From Hydrolagus colliei (taxonomy: Eukaryota): DNA of 64,000 nt. The notes beneath the pieces were generated by a model. The model was not told the DNA's origin and did no database searches. It worked only from the letters and a program-made list of their open reading frames with translations. Of this stretch, positions 49,647 to 63,745 are shown piece by piece. The stretch's first letter is position 1. The number at the start of each line of letters is the position of its first letter. The DNA lies in the NCBI GenBank assembly GCA_035084275.1, contig CM068745.1:59954001-60018000 (forward strand), written 5' to 3'. The position numbers were made by a program, and so were the translations under genes.

Positions 49647-52553
49647 CTAAATAGTAAAAAATAGACTCAATGTCAGAAATGAATAAATAATGTTGTATAA
49701 TTACAACATGTAAACTCACCCAGAAGACCATTGTATTTTCAAACAAGAGTGGGCAGAATTGATTTAATGTAGTTTCTTTAGTTTAGTTCTTTTTTTTAAT
49801 AAAAGGCCCGAATGTAAGCATTTTCCACAATTCTTTGCCACTGTAAATTCAATTGGTTCATGAGGTGAATGTTTGTATCTTGTCTGTCACAAGATAATGT
49901 TAAGGAAAGGATGTTGCTTTTCAACAATTTTAGGTCAGGTACCATTTTCTGCTGTTTTGCTTATTGCCACAGAGATAATTATTCTTCAGAGAAAGTGTAG
50001 TTCATATATTCTAGGATTCATTTGGACACAACTGCCTAAATCAGTTGAGTGAAATGTAGAAACTTTCCCATCTTTGTTTTACAGTGAAAATTGGATTACA
50101 CTGTGCACTGTATTGTGGTCTGAGAAGCAGCCAGGATTACAGGTCATTGGGTCCCCTTTGTTGCAAGATGTATATGATTTGCTGGCTGCAAGTGCATTCA
50201 CTAAATTTGGAAATAGTGGGATGCATTACAGTGCCTCTCTTGTTTCAATAACTTGGCTAAATTACAACCAGTCAATATCCAGATGGAAACAGTTGATGTA
50301 ATGGAAGTCGCATTTCATGCTCTTTACAATACAGCCTCAAAAAGAACATCTCGACTCAATTTTTCATGTGCGTTAGTGGAAGCTTAGGCTGGTAAAGGTC
50401 TAAACAAAGAGTCAATTGATTTAATATCAAAGATTTTTTTTCATACAACATACATCATAATCACACAATATGTGTTGTAGATATCCTCTCATACATCCGA
50501 TGAACAGAGGACCAGAATGTTTTGGTTTTCCTCAGACTAAGGAAATCCTTTTCTTTTTTTATGTTATAAAAATTGAATTAGCTCAATAATGTTGCAATAC
50601 AGTAGACGGAAGCAACGTATAAATCATGAAAACAAATTATGTTTGCTGTTCATTTAAAGAAAAGCAATAACCACATTTGAGACATCAAAGGGAAAAAAGA
50701 GAACAGATTAAAAAACAAAACATAAATGCAGGTCATGTAATCTATTTTGGGGTATATTTTAGTACTTCTGCATCATATCTTTTAACATAATTTCTGGCAC
50801 TTTTCCCACTATTCTCTTGGAAAATTGAAATAGCTGACCCAGAATATGCTCACATAACTTGTCGGGCTGTGTAGTGAATGTTAAGATGGTGCACTGATGA
50901 ATTCTCTGAATTGTTAGAAGTAAAGCTGAACAAGAGGCAATAGCACTAAATACCAGCAACAATATTACTGAGAAGAGAACATGAGTACATATGGGAAAAG
51001 AAGAAAATCTGAACAGCAGAATCCCATCTTTCTACAACTCATGTAAATCCACACTATTTTGAACCTCACTCAAGTTATTGAGGAAAGGTTGCATGGAGTT
51101 TTTCTTTGTTCCTCTAAACATACATCAAGGAAACACAGAAATATATGTTCAGTCTTACATTCTGCATTGCATAATGTATGCCCTTAACCAATTGTGTCTT
51201 CCTGCCATAAGATTTCCAGGGTCTAGTAGTTACCTACCAACTATCAACCTACTCTTGTACAATAAAAGGCCTCCATCCCTCTTGTAAAACCAATTGCATA
51301 TCTATTCAACCCTAACTAACTTACTTTTCCATAAGAAATCTTCAGTCTTTTGTACCTTCTGATAACACTTACTCAAATGGCAGAGCAAATATGATGGCCC
51401 AAGTGATTGGATGTGTTCTTAATACAGCACAACAAATGAAGAAAATGACTAAGTATAGTGAAATTATAATTTGCGATGAAGTAGTGTAATCTTTATACAT
51501 TCCACAAGGTTCTTAAACTATCCATTAAAGCCTTTGTTGGAAGTTTTAAAAATATCAGTGAATTTAACCCAGAAATTGAGAACAATGCAGCAGCCTTTTA
51601 CCAATAATGAAACACTGAAAAGATAGTTAGATGCAGGGGTACAATTTGCAGCCTGCTACACTCAAATGACAAACATTAGGAGGCAATCTTTGAAGACAAA
51701 TACATCATGGGAAATTAATATAAAGTTCAGAAAATAGTAATGTTGAACCAGATATGACAATAACTGAGTGGAGCAAACCAAAGCTGCTGGTGTTCCTGAA
51801 TCAATGGCAAACAAACAGTTTAGGAATTTGTTGAGCATTTATTGTTAGGCACAAATTGGCTGCCACATTTGCCTACAAATACAGAGTAATTACGTTCTAC
51901 AGTAAAAATTCTGTGAAAGTTTCAGATATTTTGACAATTTAAGAAAGTGCTTTATCAAATGCAAGGATTATTGTCATTTTAATTGGAAGTAATTTGGGAA
52001 AAAAAATCCAAATAATAATAATCTTCTAGATGGCTCAAAGCACTTGAATTGATTGAATTGATTGTATATTTGTGGGCGAAATGCGGCAGCCAATTGTGTC
52101 CCACAAACAGCAGTGGATTGAAATGACCAAATGCCTCTAATTAGATTATACAGTACATTCTTGGATTTTCATAGAATCATGGAAATTAACACCAGAAAGG
52201 AGACTATTCAACCCACTGAGTCTGCACTGGTTTAAGAATAAGATTTTCAATTCCACAGTATTCACAAACCTTCAAGCCTTCTCTCATCACTGGTCAGCTC
52301 TATAACCTCCTCAAAAAATTGAAATAGATTTATAAAATATACCATACAGCTTCTAAATGCATACTGACTCTTTCTTATATCAACTGTCTTCATTACATGA
52401 ATATACTTGACATTCTCCCCAATATTCATGTTAGACTAACTAGCCCATTTTTCTTCATATAAAGTCTCAATCCTTTTTGAAGAATAAAAAAATCAGACTT
52501 GATATCTTGTGGCTGTTGCCTGAAAATTGTTTATTGTGCTCGCCTAAAAAATA

Positions 52554-52960
52554 CAGTAAAAACTTTGTTATCTGGTATCCTCAGGACCTGACTGTTGCCG
52601 GTTAATTAAACATGCCGGATATTCGAGCGGCAAATTGCTGCAAATCCTACACAAAAAGTTAACTTATTTTAAAACATACCATATGTTTGAACCATAAACT
52701 AAATAATAACAGAATATTTTATGGATACTTACCAATAAAGCATTCCAGCACACTCGGTAAAATAATCAGTAAAAAACATTCCAACATTCGGTAAGTTTAT
52801 TAAGTGCGCATGCGCACGCATCCATAAAGTGAGCATACCGCGGAGTGTCCCGGATGCCTACGGTATGAGATCCGGTTGATAGAATGGTGAATTGTATTGG
52901 GAGATACTGGTTGGTTGATCGTACTGGTTGGTTAGGTGCCAGATAACCAAGCTTTTACTG
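52554..52960. mobile_element. Tigger/pogo-like (Tc1-mariner) MITE
   Basis: About 24-bp TIR CAGTAAAA(A/G)CTT(T/G)GTTATCTGG; TA TSD; empty site in the paralogue near 46998. Confidence 0.9.
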
Positions 52961-53129
52961 TACACAGTCACTAGACATGACAGCAATTACTGTAAAGCAT
53001 TTTGAACTGTTTCAACACTGTAAGCGTTATATAAAAGATAAACAATTATTATCTTCCAGAGCTCAAATGGATCACCAATATTTGTGAAACTCCATGGAAT
53101 AATAAGCTGTCCAAAAAAACAAACCCAAT

Positions 53130-53312
53130 AATAAAAAAATTGGTAATTTTAATCCTCAACTGTTTGTGGGACACTGCTGTGTCCAATTGGCTGATGCGAT
53201 TCACCCGCAAATATACAGTCAATTCTCTTTACAGTATATTCTGTGAAGTGCTTTGCGACATTGACAAGATGTTAAAGCACTATATCAAATGCAAGGATTA
53301 TTATTATTTATT
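53130..53312 (+). mobile_element. 5'-truncated tRNA-SINE
   Basis: Body plus (ATT)n tail. Confidence 0.8.
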
Positions 53313-56300
53313 ATGGATATTTGTATATCATTGCAAGACATTGCAATGTGCAAATTGGCTGCCATGTTCACTCATAAAATATACTCATTCCATTTTACAG
53401 TAAATCGTGTGAAAAACTTTAAGATATCTTGACAATATGATAAGTTATTGTATCAAATGCAAGGTTTCTTCAAAATATGAATCAGAGCCTCATACATGTT
53501 CACAAAATGGTTGCAATATATCCAGTCAGCTGATAATTAATTCCTTGATGCTCTGCATAACACAAGCTTCACTGATATCTCTGTAGTGTAGATGCTTGAG
53601 ATAAAATTGCTGTGTATTGAAAGTGCCTACTGTCTGTTGTCTTCATTTGTGAAGATTGATGTCCTGCTTCATCTGAGAAAAAGATGACATTGTCAAAACC
53701 AGGACAAAGATCAGACACGCCAAAACATTGCAGCCATTGACCTGAAGATGCAGCATCATTCTCATCAATCTTATCTCCTGTCAAAGATAATGGATGAGTC
53801 ACTTAATGCCACAGTCAATCTGTTCCCAAACACCATCTGATACACAATATAACAAGCAGGGAGAACTTTGCCATTCACATCTCAAAGAAATTAAAATAAT
53901 AATGAATGCTATGTATTCATCCTCCAAATCCTTAAAAAAAACGCTCTTGACCCCCTCCAAACAAAGTACCAACCCATTCACCTCAGTAGGATTGCACTAG
54001 CCTGGTTCAAATCCTACCTAATGAATCACCTTCACTTTATATCCTCAAACGAGGAGTTTTAGTGTGAATGTGTGATTCTAACTGAAGAGCTAAATCCATC
54101 TTGGAGATTAGATGGGTCTGGGACAAGAGGCTTCAGCAAAGAAGGAGACTAATAACATTTTTCTAACATCAGTGACTTTCAACAAACAGTTCCTCTACAT
54201 AAAACAAAAATAAGTTGCAGTTATTTCACACCCCTCATGCAGAGTAGTGCCCCAGAGCGCTTGCTAGGCTGGAGGGAGGGGTAGGTAACTAAAGGAATGG
54301 TTGAATAGGAAGGTCTTCAAACATGGAAGGAAGGAGCAAGATGAAGGGATAGAGTAAGATTGTTTCAGAGTTTAGGGGCCTAGTAGCTGAAAATGTAAAT
54401 AAACAGTATCACTTTATAGAATTGGGTGCAAATCCTGAAAAGATAGGAGAATCACATCTCCATTAGCCCACATAAATCTTTTTTTTGTTAAAAACAGCAC
54501 GTTTCAAATAATTAACAGAATTTTTGTTATTGGGACTTTAATATAATCAACAAATACAAATTTCTCCCTGCTCAACTGACATAATACTTGAATAATAGTT
54601 ACATTTTGTCCAATTTGAGCAATCTTAGGTTGGATGCATTGCAGCTGAGAAGTCTGAGAAGTCCTCCTGACATAAAAGTTACCTATGTATTAAAATCCAA
54701 GGATTATTATAGTTACAATAGGTCAAATACAAGTTCACGAATGCTGAATTGCCATTTTTGTTATCAAAATGTGGTCAGAGTGTCCAACCAATAAGTGGCT
54801 GTATTGAATCAAATTCAGCAATTAAATCTAACTTATTCCAACTTAGATCGGTTGAGTATTCAGTGTACCATTCACCCTAGTGCCCACCTGGGATCCATTT
54901 ACATTAGTTCAGGACTCCTATTATTCCAGGTTATTCTCTTACTTCAACTATTGTCTATATTTCCTTTAATCTTAGGTTTTCCTTCCAGGACATGTATTAC
55001 GTACACTTTGCAAATGATCTTACTGCAATTCATGGTGTTGCCCTTCTCATATCTGCACTGTGTGCAAACACCACATACTGCAAACGCTATACATGTGTAA
55101 TTTTGTTGGTGTTGTTGTTTATTTCTCTGTGAAGATTTACAAGATGAGAAAAACAGATTCTCCTTTCATGTTCTTCATATTTTGTTCTTCAGATTATTAA
55201 ATCATACTTCTTGGGGCCTGGCATTTGGCTGACCCATGCAAGAAATCATATTCTTTTCATTTATTTATATACCTACACTTATAATGATGATATCGTAGTA
55301 GTCAAAGAAGCACAGGTACCATTGTCAGTATTGCACAACAGATATGTTACAAGGGCAGCATAAAATTCCCAGATATGATATCCCTATCTAATTGGGTAAA
55401 ACTTCCATTGAGCTTCACACACAGTGCCTTTGGCAATGGCAGCATTTGGGGGGGATTTCCCATTCTATTGCACTTCATCAGATGTGCTGCACAAAATGCT
55501 CAAGGGAAGTGTGATACTTGTTAAAAAAAATGTCATAAATTCCCCTGGAATTGGACTTCTAGTTCACCCATCATCCTCAGCGGGCATCATCCTTTTGTAA
55601 AGAAAATCTCACAGAAAAAAATAAGTTGCAGGTGAACTGAAACCATTAAAAACAAATCTCAATGGGCAGTATGATAATGTGATTTTATCCTACATTCAAT
55701 TCTGAAATATACCAATAATGTGGAATGTGAGGATAAGCAGGCCTGTTGAAGTGGTAAACTATATAGATGTGTAATTTATCTCATCTTTATCTCCAACACC
55801 TACCACTTTACAGAGCAGTACATGGCCATTGATCCTGTAATACTATGCATTTCTAACTCTGACCTGTGATTATATAGGAATACAACAACAGCAAAATCAT
55901 ATTTATAGAGCGCCTTTCATGTCGGGAGGACATTTTTCAATGTCCTTCAAGGACATCGGGAGGAATACTTCAAATAGAAAACACCTGATTGGTGGAGAAA
56001 CACCACCACATTTACAAAGAATCACTTCTAGAAGTTTGAAAACAATGATTTGGCATGCTTATGTTAGACAGTCTGAAAAATTATACCTTTCCAGGACTAA
56101 AAATTATTCTATTTAGAGATGAATTGGAAAAGTGAGATACAAATATATTTGTGAATTTGTGAATATATTTGTAAATGCTTTCATTATTGAGTGCTCAGCA
56201 TTTAGTGAGTTAAAACCTACTCCAATTGGCAACTGATGAAATAAGATACATCAAATTATAATAATTGGTTGCCAAGACACCAGATGTCTGCTCTGGACTG

Positions 56301-57184
56301 TACAACAATAAAGAAAAATCAAATATCACCAAAACAAAGCCATGTTTGAAATGTCCTCTCGATGTAGAAGGTGCTCTATAAATATAATTTTGCTGTTGTT
56401 GTTTTGTTCTTTCTGCAGGTAACTTAGATATTTCCCTCCAGTTATACCAATTATACTGGTGATCGTGGTTCTGTAGCTTTGTCAGATTTGCATTCCTTTT
56501 TCCTCAGATGGAGAAAGGAAACAGTTGATAATTTGTTGTTAACAAATCCCTTGTGGCTAGCCAAATTCCCAGGTGGTTAATTTACTGCACTGAGAGTACT
56601 TAAGACATCACAAAGCCTGATACAGAAAGGAAAATCCTTACTAATTACTGCAGTGCACTGCTTTCGAGGGGCTTGTCAAATCAATGCTTTCTTTTAACCT
56701 TCATGCAGTTTTCCCTTTGATCCCAGCCAATACATTAATCTTTTTTTCCTTTTGGAGCCTTGACAGACAGCACTCTGTGGCTCTAAATTTAATGTCAAGC
56801 TTTTCAAGTAGCTGAAATTCAAGTGAGCCTAGTAATGGGCGATCATTTGAATCAAATGCGCACCAAGTAAATTCTGCTTGTGAAGTTGTGAAGCATTTGG
56901 CTCCATGTTTCAGTGTGTTTCATTCACATAAAAGGGATCTGCTACTGTTTCTAATTAGTTAACAAATGAATGTTTCAAATAGAAACATATTTATTTTGTT
57001 AAAATTTGCTTCACATGAGCTGTAAGAAAAAATTGCATAAATAATATTAAATGTAACTATTACCTGTTCGCAAGTAAAGGATGTCAAAGTAAGCAATTTT
57101 TCATTGTGTCTTTTATCTAATTTACTTTTAGTGCAAAAAATCATTATTGTGGAGAAATCACTGTTAATACATTGCAGTAAAACT

Positions 57185-57450
57185 CATATATAGATTCATA
57201 GAATTAAACAGCACAGAAGGAGGCCATTCTGCCCATCATGTCTGTGCTGCCTCTTTGAAAAGCGTTGCCCAAATCAATCCCTCTCCACATAGCAATGAAA
57301 ACCTGTCCTCCACAAATAACTATCTACTTCTCTCTTAAAAGTTGTTATCGAATCAGCTTTCACCACTCTTTCAGGCAATGTATTCCATATCAAAAAAACT
57401 CACTGTGTGAAAAAATTTCTCCTCATCTCCCCTCTGTTTCTTTTAACAAC
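57185..57450 (-). mobile_element. CR1 LINE 3' end
   Basis: TAGATTCATAGAA tail, CAGCACAGAAGGAGGCCATTC; homologous to 47467-47765. Confidence 0.8.
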
Positions 57451-59932
57451 TCACTCACCTGTTATGTTTGACCCTTCTGTTAACCTCCCAAACCATTCCC
57501 TCAGCCCCCATCCAAACAGTTTCCAACCCCCAATTTAGAATCAAAACCTTGAATACCCAGTATTTTCTATTTACTGTTGTTGCTTATGTAGAAGAGAAGG
57601 ATTCTATATATGAAGAGGAGAAGGTTCACATGTTACTAAGTCTCTAACATGGTCAAATAGTTTCCACCTGCATGAACAATTTGGAATTAGCTGAATCTCC
57701 TCAAGAAGCTTTGTTCCCATTTTTTTGTCTCTTGTAACCAATTTTAAAAAAAGAGCCTAAGCTCATTAACACCAGTTCTGACTTGGCATTAAATAAAAGC
57801 AGTCATTTTCACATGCAGCATCCAAACAGAATTTCTAACACAGCAGTACTTAATTATCCTAAATGGGCACTTAGCAGACCTAATTGTTTTTTTTACACTT
57901 TGGTGCAGGCCATTTTCAGGGTTTGTTTTAAAAGGGTCAGGAAGTCAGTAGCTGTGTTAATGTCATTTAATGCTAGCTCCAAATTCTGAGTGCCATTTGC
58001 ATATGCTATCAACGATGTAGAATGTTACCCTGAGTGCATTTAACTGAGGCCTGTGAATCACTGATTATTGGATAACTAATGGCACATGCCTGCAAGCAAG
58101 TTGGTTATAATTCTTGCTTGCGATCACCTCGGCTTGTATTTTTGTGATTTTATGATGACTATTTTCTAAATGTATGAGAACACTGTAATCTTAATCAACC
58201 CCAATCTTCAATTTGGGTGTTTCATTAGCATTTTAGTTCAATTTATTGTACTTGTGTGGTGGCCAGTGTTATACTGACAAACAGGATGCTCCAGGTAATT
58301 TATATGGAATGAGTTTGGGACTGAGGGATTAACAAATGTAAGGTATACTTTAAATTTATCAAGTATTATTGAACAAATGTTCATCATCACTCCCTGTGTG
58401 TATTTTCACCTCACAGTCTTCATGTTGCATTCCAGAATGTGTTCATCATTACCTGATAATTCAACAATTCTGATGTCAGACAACCACTGTGTTATTACAG
58501 CTATGAAGTTGTAGAGTTCTTCATTCAATTGCAAACTGTTCTTCATATTGTTTTACTGAAATGGAATCAAAATCCTATGGAAATAATAATAATCCTTGCT
58601 TTTGATATAGCCCCTAATCATATCTTTGAGATGTCTCAAAGTGCTTCACAAAAAATAGTGTAAAGTGAATTGAATGTATATTTTGTGGGAGAAACGCCTT
58701 GCATAATAAAGTTATGCCAGCAAGGAATGAACTGTAGTTTAGTATGTTTTTGATCACTGACTTATAAATTAGTATTTGCATAAGTAGTACAGCCCCAAAT
58801 CAATCTGGGGAAATGTAAAAGTCCTAAATTCACCCAACAGAATCCATTATTCAAAGGCATAATAGGTCTCCCACGAATATCACTGCAGTATATCCTGGAA
58901 ATTCTAGTCTTTGTTTGCAATTAGCACTCGATAGTACTATCATGTATTTGGAGAACAGTTTTATTAAAGCAACATTTATATTTGTTGGTGAAAATTGGTA
59001 ATGATTAGATGAAGTATAGAAAGTAAAGACTAGGAAATAAAACGTCTCTGATTATTAAAGTCAATGCTGCTTGCAAACTAACCTTGAGGTTATCAATTTC
59101 AGTTTTCTGTTTTGTGCCCTGAAGCATTGTTATATTTTTCCAGGTTAAGTGCTGATGGCTCAGAGAAAACGAGATGTAACTCTAACTCCAGACAAGCAAG
59201 CATTATTCTCTTACTTCATTTTTGTATTATAAACTCACACTTCCAGGATTGATTAATTTACTCACTAGAGGAGTATCGGGCACACTTGCCATTCAAGGTC
59301 AGGAAATGCATTGACAATAAGCGAATAAACCCCCCCCAGTGTTCTCAGTAAGGAGGGAATTGATTACATATTCTCTTCAAAATCCTTGTTTTTCCTTGAG
59401 ATTTTAATGAGAATATTTTAGTTGTATCTATTAGTGCCCTGTATTCCATCTCAGCTTGTTTAAGGATTCTGAGAGTATGGATAGCTTGAAGCTTGTTTGT
59501 GAGAAGAAAGCTTTGTTTGAGCTAAAGATACATATGTGGTGTCATGGTAATTTGGAGTGGTAGCAAGCAGATTGTTTTTCAGTTTTATTTGGCTTGCAAA
59601 ATGTGATCAACAATTTTTTAGTTCAACACAAAAATATATCACTGACACATATAATCTTACAATTTGAGGTCTAGTCACGATTGTGCTCTATCTTGGCTAT
59701 CTGCATTTTTATTGACGAACCTTGTTCATTACATTGAACATCAGTGAATACTTACCGTTGCACTTTGCTCTGACAGATGTAAAATTATGATACTTTTAAT
59801 TACTATTTAACTGAGGATTTTGAAGAATAATTATACCTTACTGACAGATTTTTAATTGGTCAACAGCTGTCAGCAATTGACTGGTGCCGATGGTGTGGGA
59901 AGAAGCATTACAGTTTTCACTAAAGAGAACAG

Positions 59933-60260
59933 TGGAGTCATGTAGCTCAGTGGTTACTCACAAGCAAGAGACCTGAATTTGATTCCCAACACAGCGAAAT
60001 GTTGAACAAGTTTCATTACTCTACACACCTCTATTTAACTACTAGTAAGTAGGAACCTGGATATTAGTCAATTGACGGATCGCTTTTCCTGGGGTAATAA
60101 TTTCTTCCAAATTAATTTAAAGATAATTAAATTTAAAGATAAATCAGTCACTTAAATCCATGACTGTTTGTAGGACACTGCTGTGTCCTCAAGATATACA
60201 GTCAATTGATTTTGAGTATATTCTGTGAAGATCTTTGAGATGTCTCAACAATGTGATGAC
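59933..60260 (+). mobile_element. tRNA-derived SINE, long subfamily, diverged
   Basis: GGAGTCATGTAGCTCAGTGGTTA head; AGTAAGTAGGAACCTGG..TTAGTCAA block. Confidence 0.8.
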
Positions 60261-61349
60261 ATTGGAGCAGATTAACATCCAATGTAATCCTATCATAGTT
60301 ATGGTAAGGCGAAATAGCAAAATGCAACTATTATTATCTTAACTATTTATTATTATTTAATCAAATAGAGTTAAACAACCATGAAATATATCAACATTAT
60401 CACTCTGTGGGCATGTCCAAAATTCTGGTGGGTTTACCTTGAAAGAATTATTAAATATAAGAATAATGTCAAGGTGTCGTCTATAGGAAGCATGGGACAG
60501 GCTGGGTTTCCAGTGTAGAAATTGAATTGTTAATTTGAGACCCACTGGTTTTGTGAGTTTACCTAATTAATTCCTAATTCCCTCACACTATACTTGCAGC
60601 CAGCACATACATTCCTCTTTTATCTCATCCTTGAAGCTTTCAGTGAGGAGTTATCAGTAACATCTGTGTGGTCTTTCCCCTGATAAAAGGGCAATTGATT
60701 CCACATATCTCCTCATGCCATTAGCCTCTGCTGCTGCATGTAAATAGTGACTTCCTATAATTATAATAATCCTTGATTTGATATAGCATCTTTCACATTA
60801 AAAAGCTGTCACAAAGCACATCACTGATTGTCTCTATCCAGCAGTACTGAAGACTCTGCTACCTTCTCATCATTAGTGTCTGAAATCCTATAGATGGACA
60901 AATGCATAGCTGACCTCTAAGGCTGTGAGCTAATCAGAAGTTCCCCATTGTAATTGATAACTCCCAAACACCTCACAAACAACAACAAAATTTATAGATC
61001 GCCTTTCACAAAATCCTGACAGCTGATAGTTACCATACAGAAACACTCTAGAAAGCATTTGCAATTGTTTAATACTGCTCAATACTCCTCAACGGTTCAA
61101 TAGTGTTTGGTACTATATATCAATTACAATGGATAAACAGGCTTTTACTGTATTAATATTATTCTACTATTATCTGGTTGATAGAAAATTGCTTGGAATA
61201 CATAGCCTGTAAGCTTAAATGAGCAACTAGGTAGACTTTAATGGTCAGCACCTCAGTTGAGGAAGCTCTGGTTGGAGCCAACAGAATAGCTTCTGTTTTG
61301 CAAGCACTTAAGTTAGAGAAAGGCAAGATTTATCTACAATTTGCTGATT

Positions 61350-61530
61350 GTTAGAAAAGGAGTGGTCCTGGAGTGAAGATGTAGGCAGAAAGCTAGATTT
61401 GGATGTCATTTACAAACATACAGAAGAAGAAAATGAACAGACTGAAGGTAGAGTCTTGAGGAACACTGCAAGTGACCATGTGGAGCAAGAGAAGAATCCT
61501 TTAGAGGACACATAGTGAGGACATTGGCAC
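61350..61530 (-). mobile_element. Very old L2 RT remnant
   Basis: Minus strand VTCSVPQDSTFSLFIF (GVPQGS-like) followed by a degenerate YADDTQLY-like stretch. Confidence 0.45.
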
Positions 61531-62174
61531 AGGCAAGAGTCAAATAGGCATGTGGTACCAAGACTTGCCACGTAGTGGAGTGATAATCTTGGTATATTTT
61601 AATTACTTTCAGTCTGTTTGTCACTAATGGATGCGAGACTGAAAAATACATTACAATTGATTAAGGAAGCAATCTGTTGTTTCATAGATTAAAGAGCAGA
61701 TGTAAGTCACTTGAGATTTCTACTGCAATACACACTTAATAAATCAATATGATACTGAACACTGCAGTTATGGGAGATTTGCTAGACATATTACAAATAG
61801 TGACAAGCTTCCAGCATTGTGAAGTTGACAGAATGTTGACCTAATAGCTAATGTAATCAACATATTGCATTACAAAATATTGAGCTACAGATTATTAAAC
61901 TCTATAGTGCTTCTTTCAATTAATAAGTATCTAACAAAACATATGCCTTGAAGAAATATGCCTATTTATGTGTTAATATATTTTAAATCTCTAAACCTCT
62001 GAATTCTCAATCATTTATCACCAATATACTTTTACTAAACAGCAGGTTACTGTGTGAATCTGTTTCCATAGCCATTTCTGCTCTTTGTACAACATTGGCT
62101 GAGTACAAAAACATTCAGAGAAAAGAATTATAATGTATTTCTAGTACTCATGGCTAATGAACTATCCATCCTTT

Positions 62175-62452
62175 GGATGAGACGTTACATCAAGGACATC
62201 TGTGCCTAGTTCAGGTGAATTTTAAAGATCCAAAGACATTATTCAAAAGTGGAAGGGATCTTCATTCTTCCAGATAAAATTGGTCATTCACTCAATCACT
62301 GTTTATGGTACATTGCTATGCCCAATTGGCTGCCATGTTTACTCACAATACACACTCAACTTTGCAATATAATTGTGAAGCGCTTTGGGACATCCTCCTG
62401 ACATGAATGGAGCTATATCAAATGCTATTATTCATAATGCAGTATTATTATT
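62175..62452 (+). mobile_element. Deu-domain SINE fragment
   Basis: CTTTGGATGAGACGTTA..CAGGTG..TAAAGATCC Deu core, AATTGGCTGCC, GTGAAGCGCTTTGGGACATCC tail. Confidence 0.75.
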
Positions 62453-62734
62453 AACTAATGTGAATGAAATAAGCATTCCAGGGCATTTAGTCAAACATTT
62501 AAATTTCCAAATGTAAGTATTGTACGATCCATTTAAAGACCATAATTTATCTTGAAATTTAAGGTTACTCAGAATTACAAAATTCAATTCAATCTTAATT
62601 TAGCATCCAGTTCATAACTTCTTGAAATTAGAATTGTGGAAAATTCTTAAACTGTATTTTAAATTGTAAGACAAAATACTGTGACAGGCTAAGACCAGGT
62701 AAAGTTTAGGGTGTTTGTTGGTTTATCCTATCAG

Positions 62735-63422
62735 CCTCATCCTTGCTTGGCTCCATTGGCCCCCATCACTCAGAGGACACCGTTGAAGAACCTGAATCTC
62801 ACCTTCAAAGCTCTCTATGGCCTTGCTCCTCCCTATCTCCTAACCACCTATCAACCTGTCCCCTCCCTCCATTCAGTGAGTTCTGGACTGCTTCAGCCTT
62901 TCTGACCCCACCCTCTGGAACTTCATCCTACAGGCTCTCCACCTCAATCCCTTCCTCGCTTGTGGAGCTCTGGTAGCTCAGTGGTTAGAGCACTCGCCTT
63001 ACACGCATGAGACCTGTGTTCGAATCCAGGGAGATTGGGGCGAAACCATGGGCAAGTTTCCTTACTCCACATGCCTAATAATAATCCATCCATGTGCGCA
63101 ATTGGTTGCCGAGTTTCACCCACAAATATACAGTCAATTCACTTAACAGTATTTTCTGTGATCGCTTTGAAACATCAATAAGATGTGAAAAGTTCTATAT
63201 CAAATGCAAGGATTATTATTATTATTATTATTGCTTCCTTTAAGACCTATATCAAAACCTTCCATTTCGACCGTACCATTGGTCACCCTTCTATCTCTAC
63301 CCTCTCCACCCTCCACCCTTCCGAATCCCAATCACCAGCTCGGGTGTGGATCCCTGACTGCCCGTTGCTTTGGGACATCCTCCTGTTGTGAAAGCTACTG
63401 TACAAATGTAGTTTGGTTGTTG
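62735..63422 (+). mobile_element. L2 3' fragment interrupted by a SINE
   Basis: LTFKALYGLAPPYL relic before the SINE; L2 3' UTR and tail after it. Confidence 0.8.
62964..63232 (+). mobile_element. Young tRNA-derived SINE
   Basis: TAGCTCAGTGG A-box, GTTCGAATCC B-box, (ATT)n tail. Confidence 0.9.
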
Positions 63423-63613
63423 TGATGCATAACATGTCAATTCATCTCCTGACTCCTGAGAAACTTTAAATGACTCAGTAAAGGTTCCAGCTTCCTTCCA
63501 AAGCTCCAAGCAGCACTGAGCATGTATATATGGGATGCACATGGAATGTGCGAGTCTAATCTAATCAGATTCCACACTCATTTTAGTTGCCTGCCGGTGC
63601 TTTGCTCACTGAC

Positions 63614-63745
63614 CAGTGGAGTTGGGCATGTCATGAAAGGTTTCCGAGTTGCTTTCTCCCTCCGTGTTTTCAAAACCTTTCTTCTTCTGACTGTTCTTTC
63701 GGTATCCTTCTTATTTCTAATTTTGCTCGGGCTCCCACTCCATTT
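63614..63745 (-). other. Candidate 132-nt exon of an unidentified gene
   Basis: TGTTTTACAG acceptor, CTG|GTCAGT donor, phase 0-0 open frame KWSGSPSKIRNKKDTERTVRRRKVLKTRREKATRKPFMTCPTPL, purine-rich, CpGs retained; protein not recognised. Confidence 0.3.

Larger units (their letters stand above)
52010..53380 (+). repeat. Local duplication, copy B, with later MITE and SINE insertions
   Basis: Collinear with 46440-47187 once 52554-52960 and about 53091-53315 are removed. Confidence 0.88.

Noticed and set aside
55881-56405. Inverted repeat suggesting a DNA transposon
   Set aside because: The arms are two oppositely oriented short L2 tails; no TSD seen.
58092-58121. 9-bp inverted repeat GCAAGCAAG/CTTGCTTGC (also an AT-rich one at 45066-45098)
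   Set aside because: Short, isolated and compatible with chance.
62964-63035. tRNA gene (also near 1778, 8940, 10423)
   Set aside because: No paired acceptor stem, and each continues into a SINE body; these are SINE heads.
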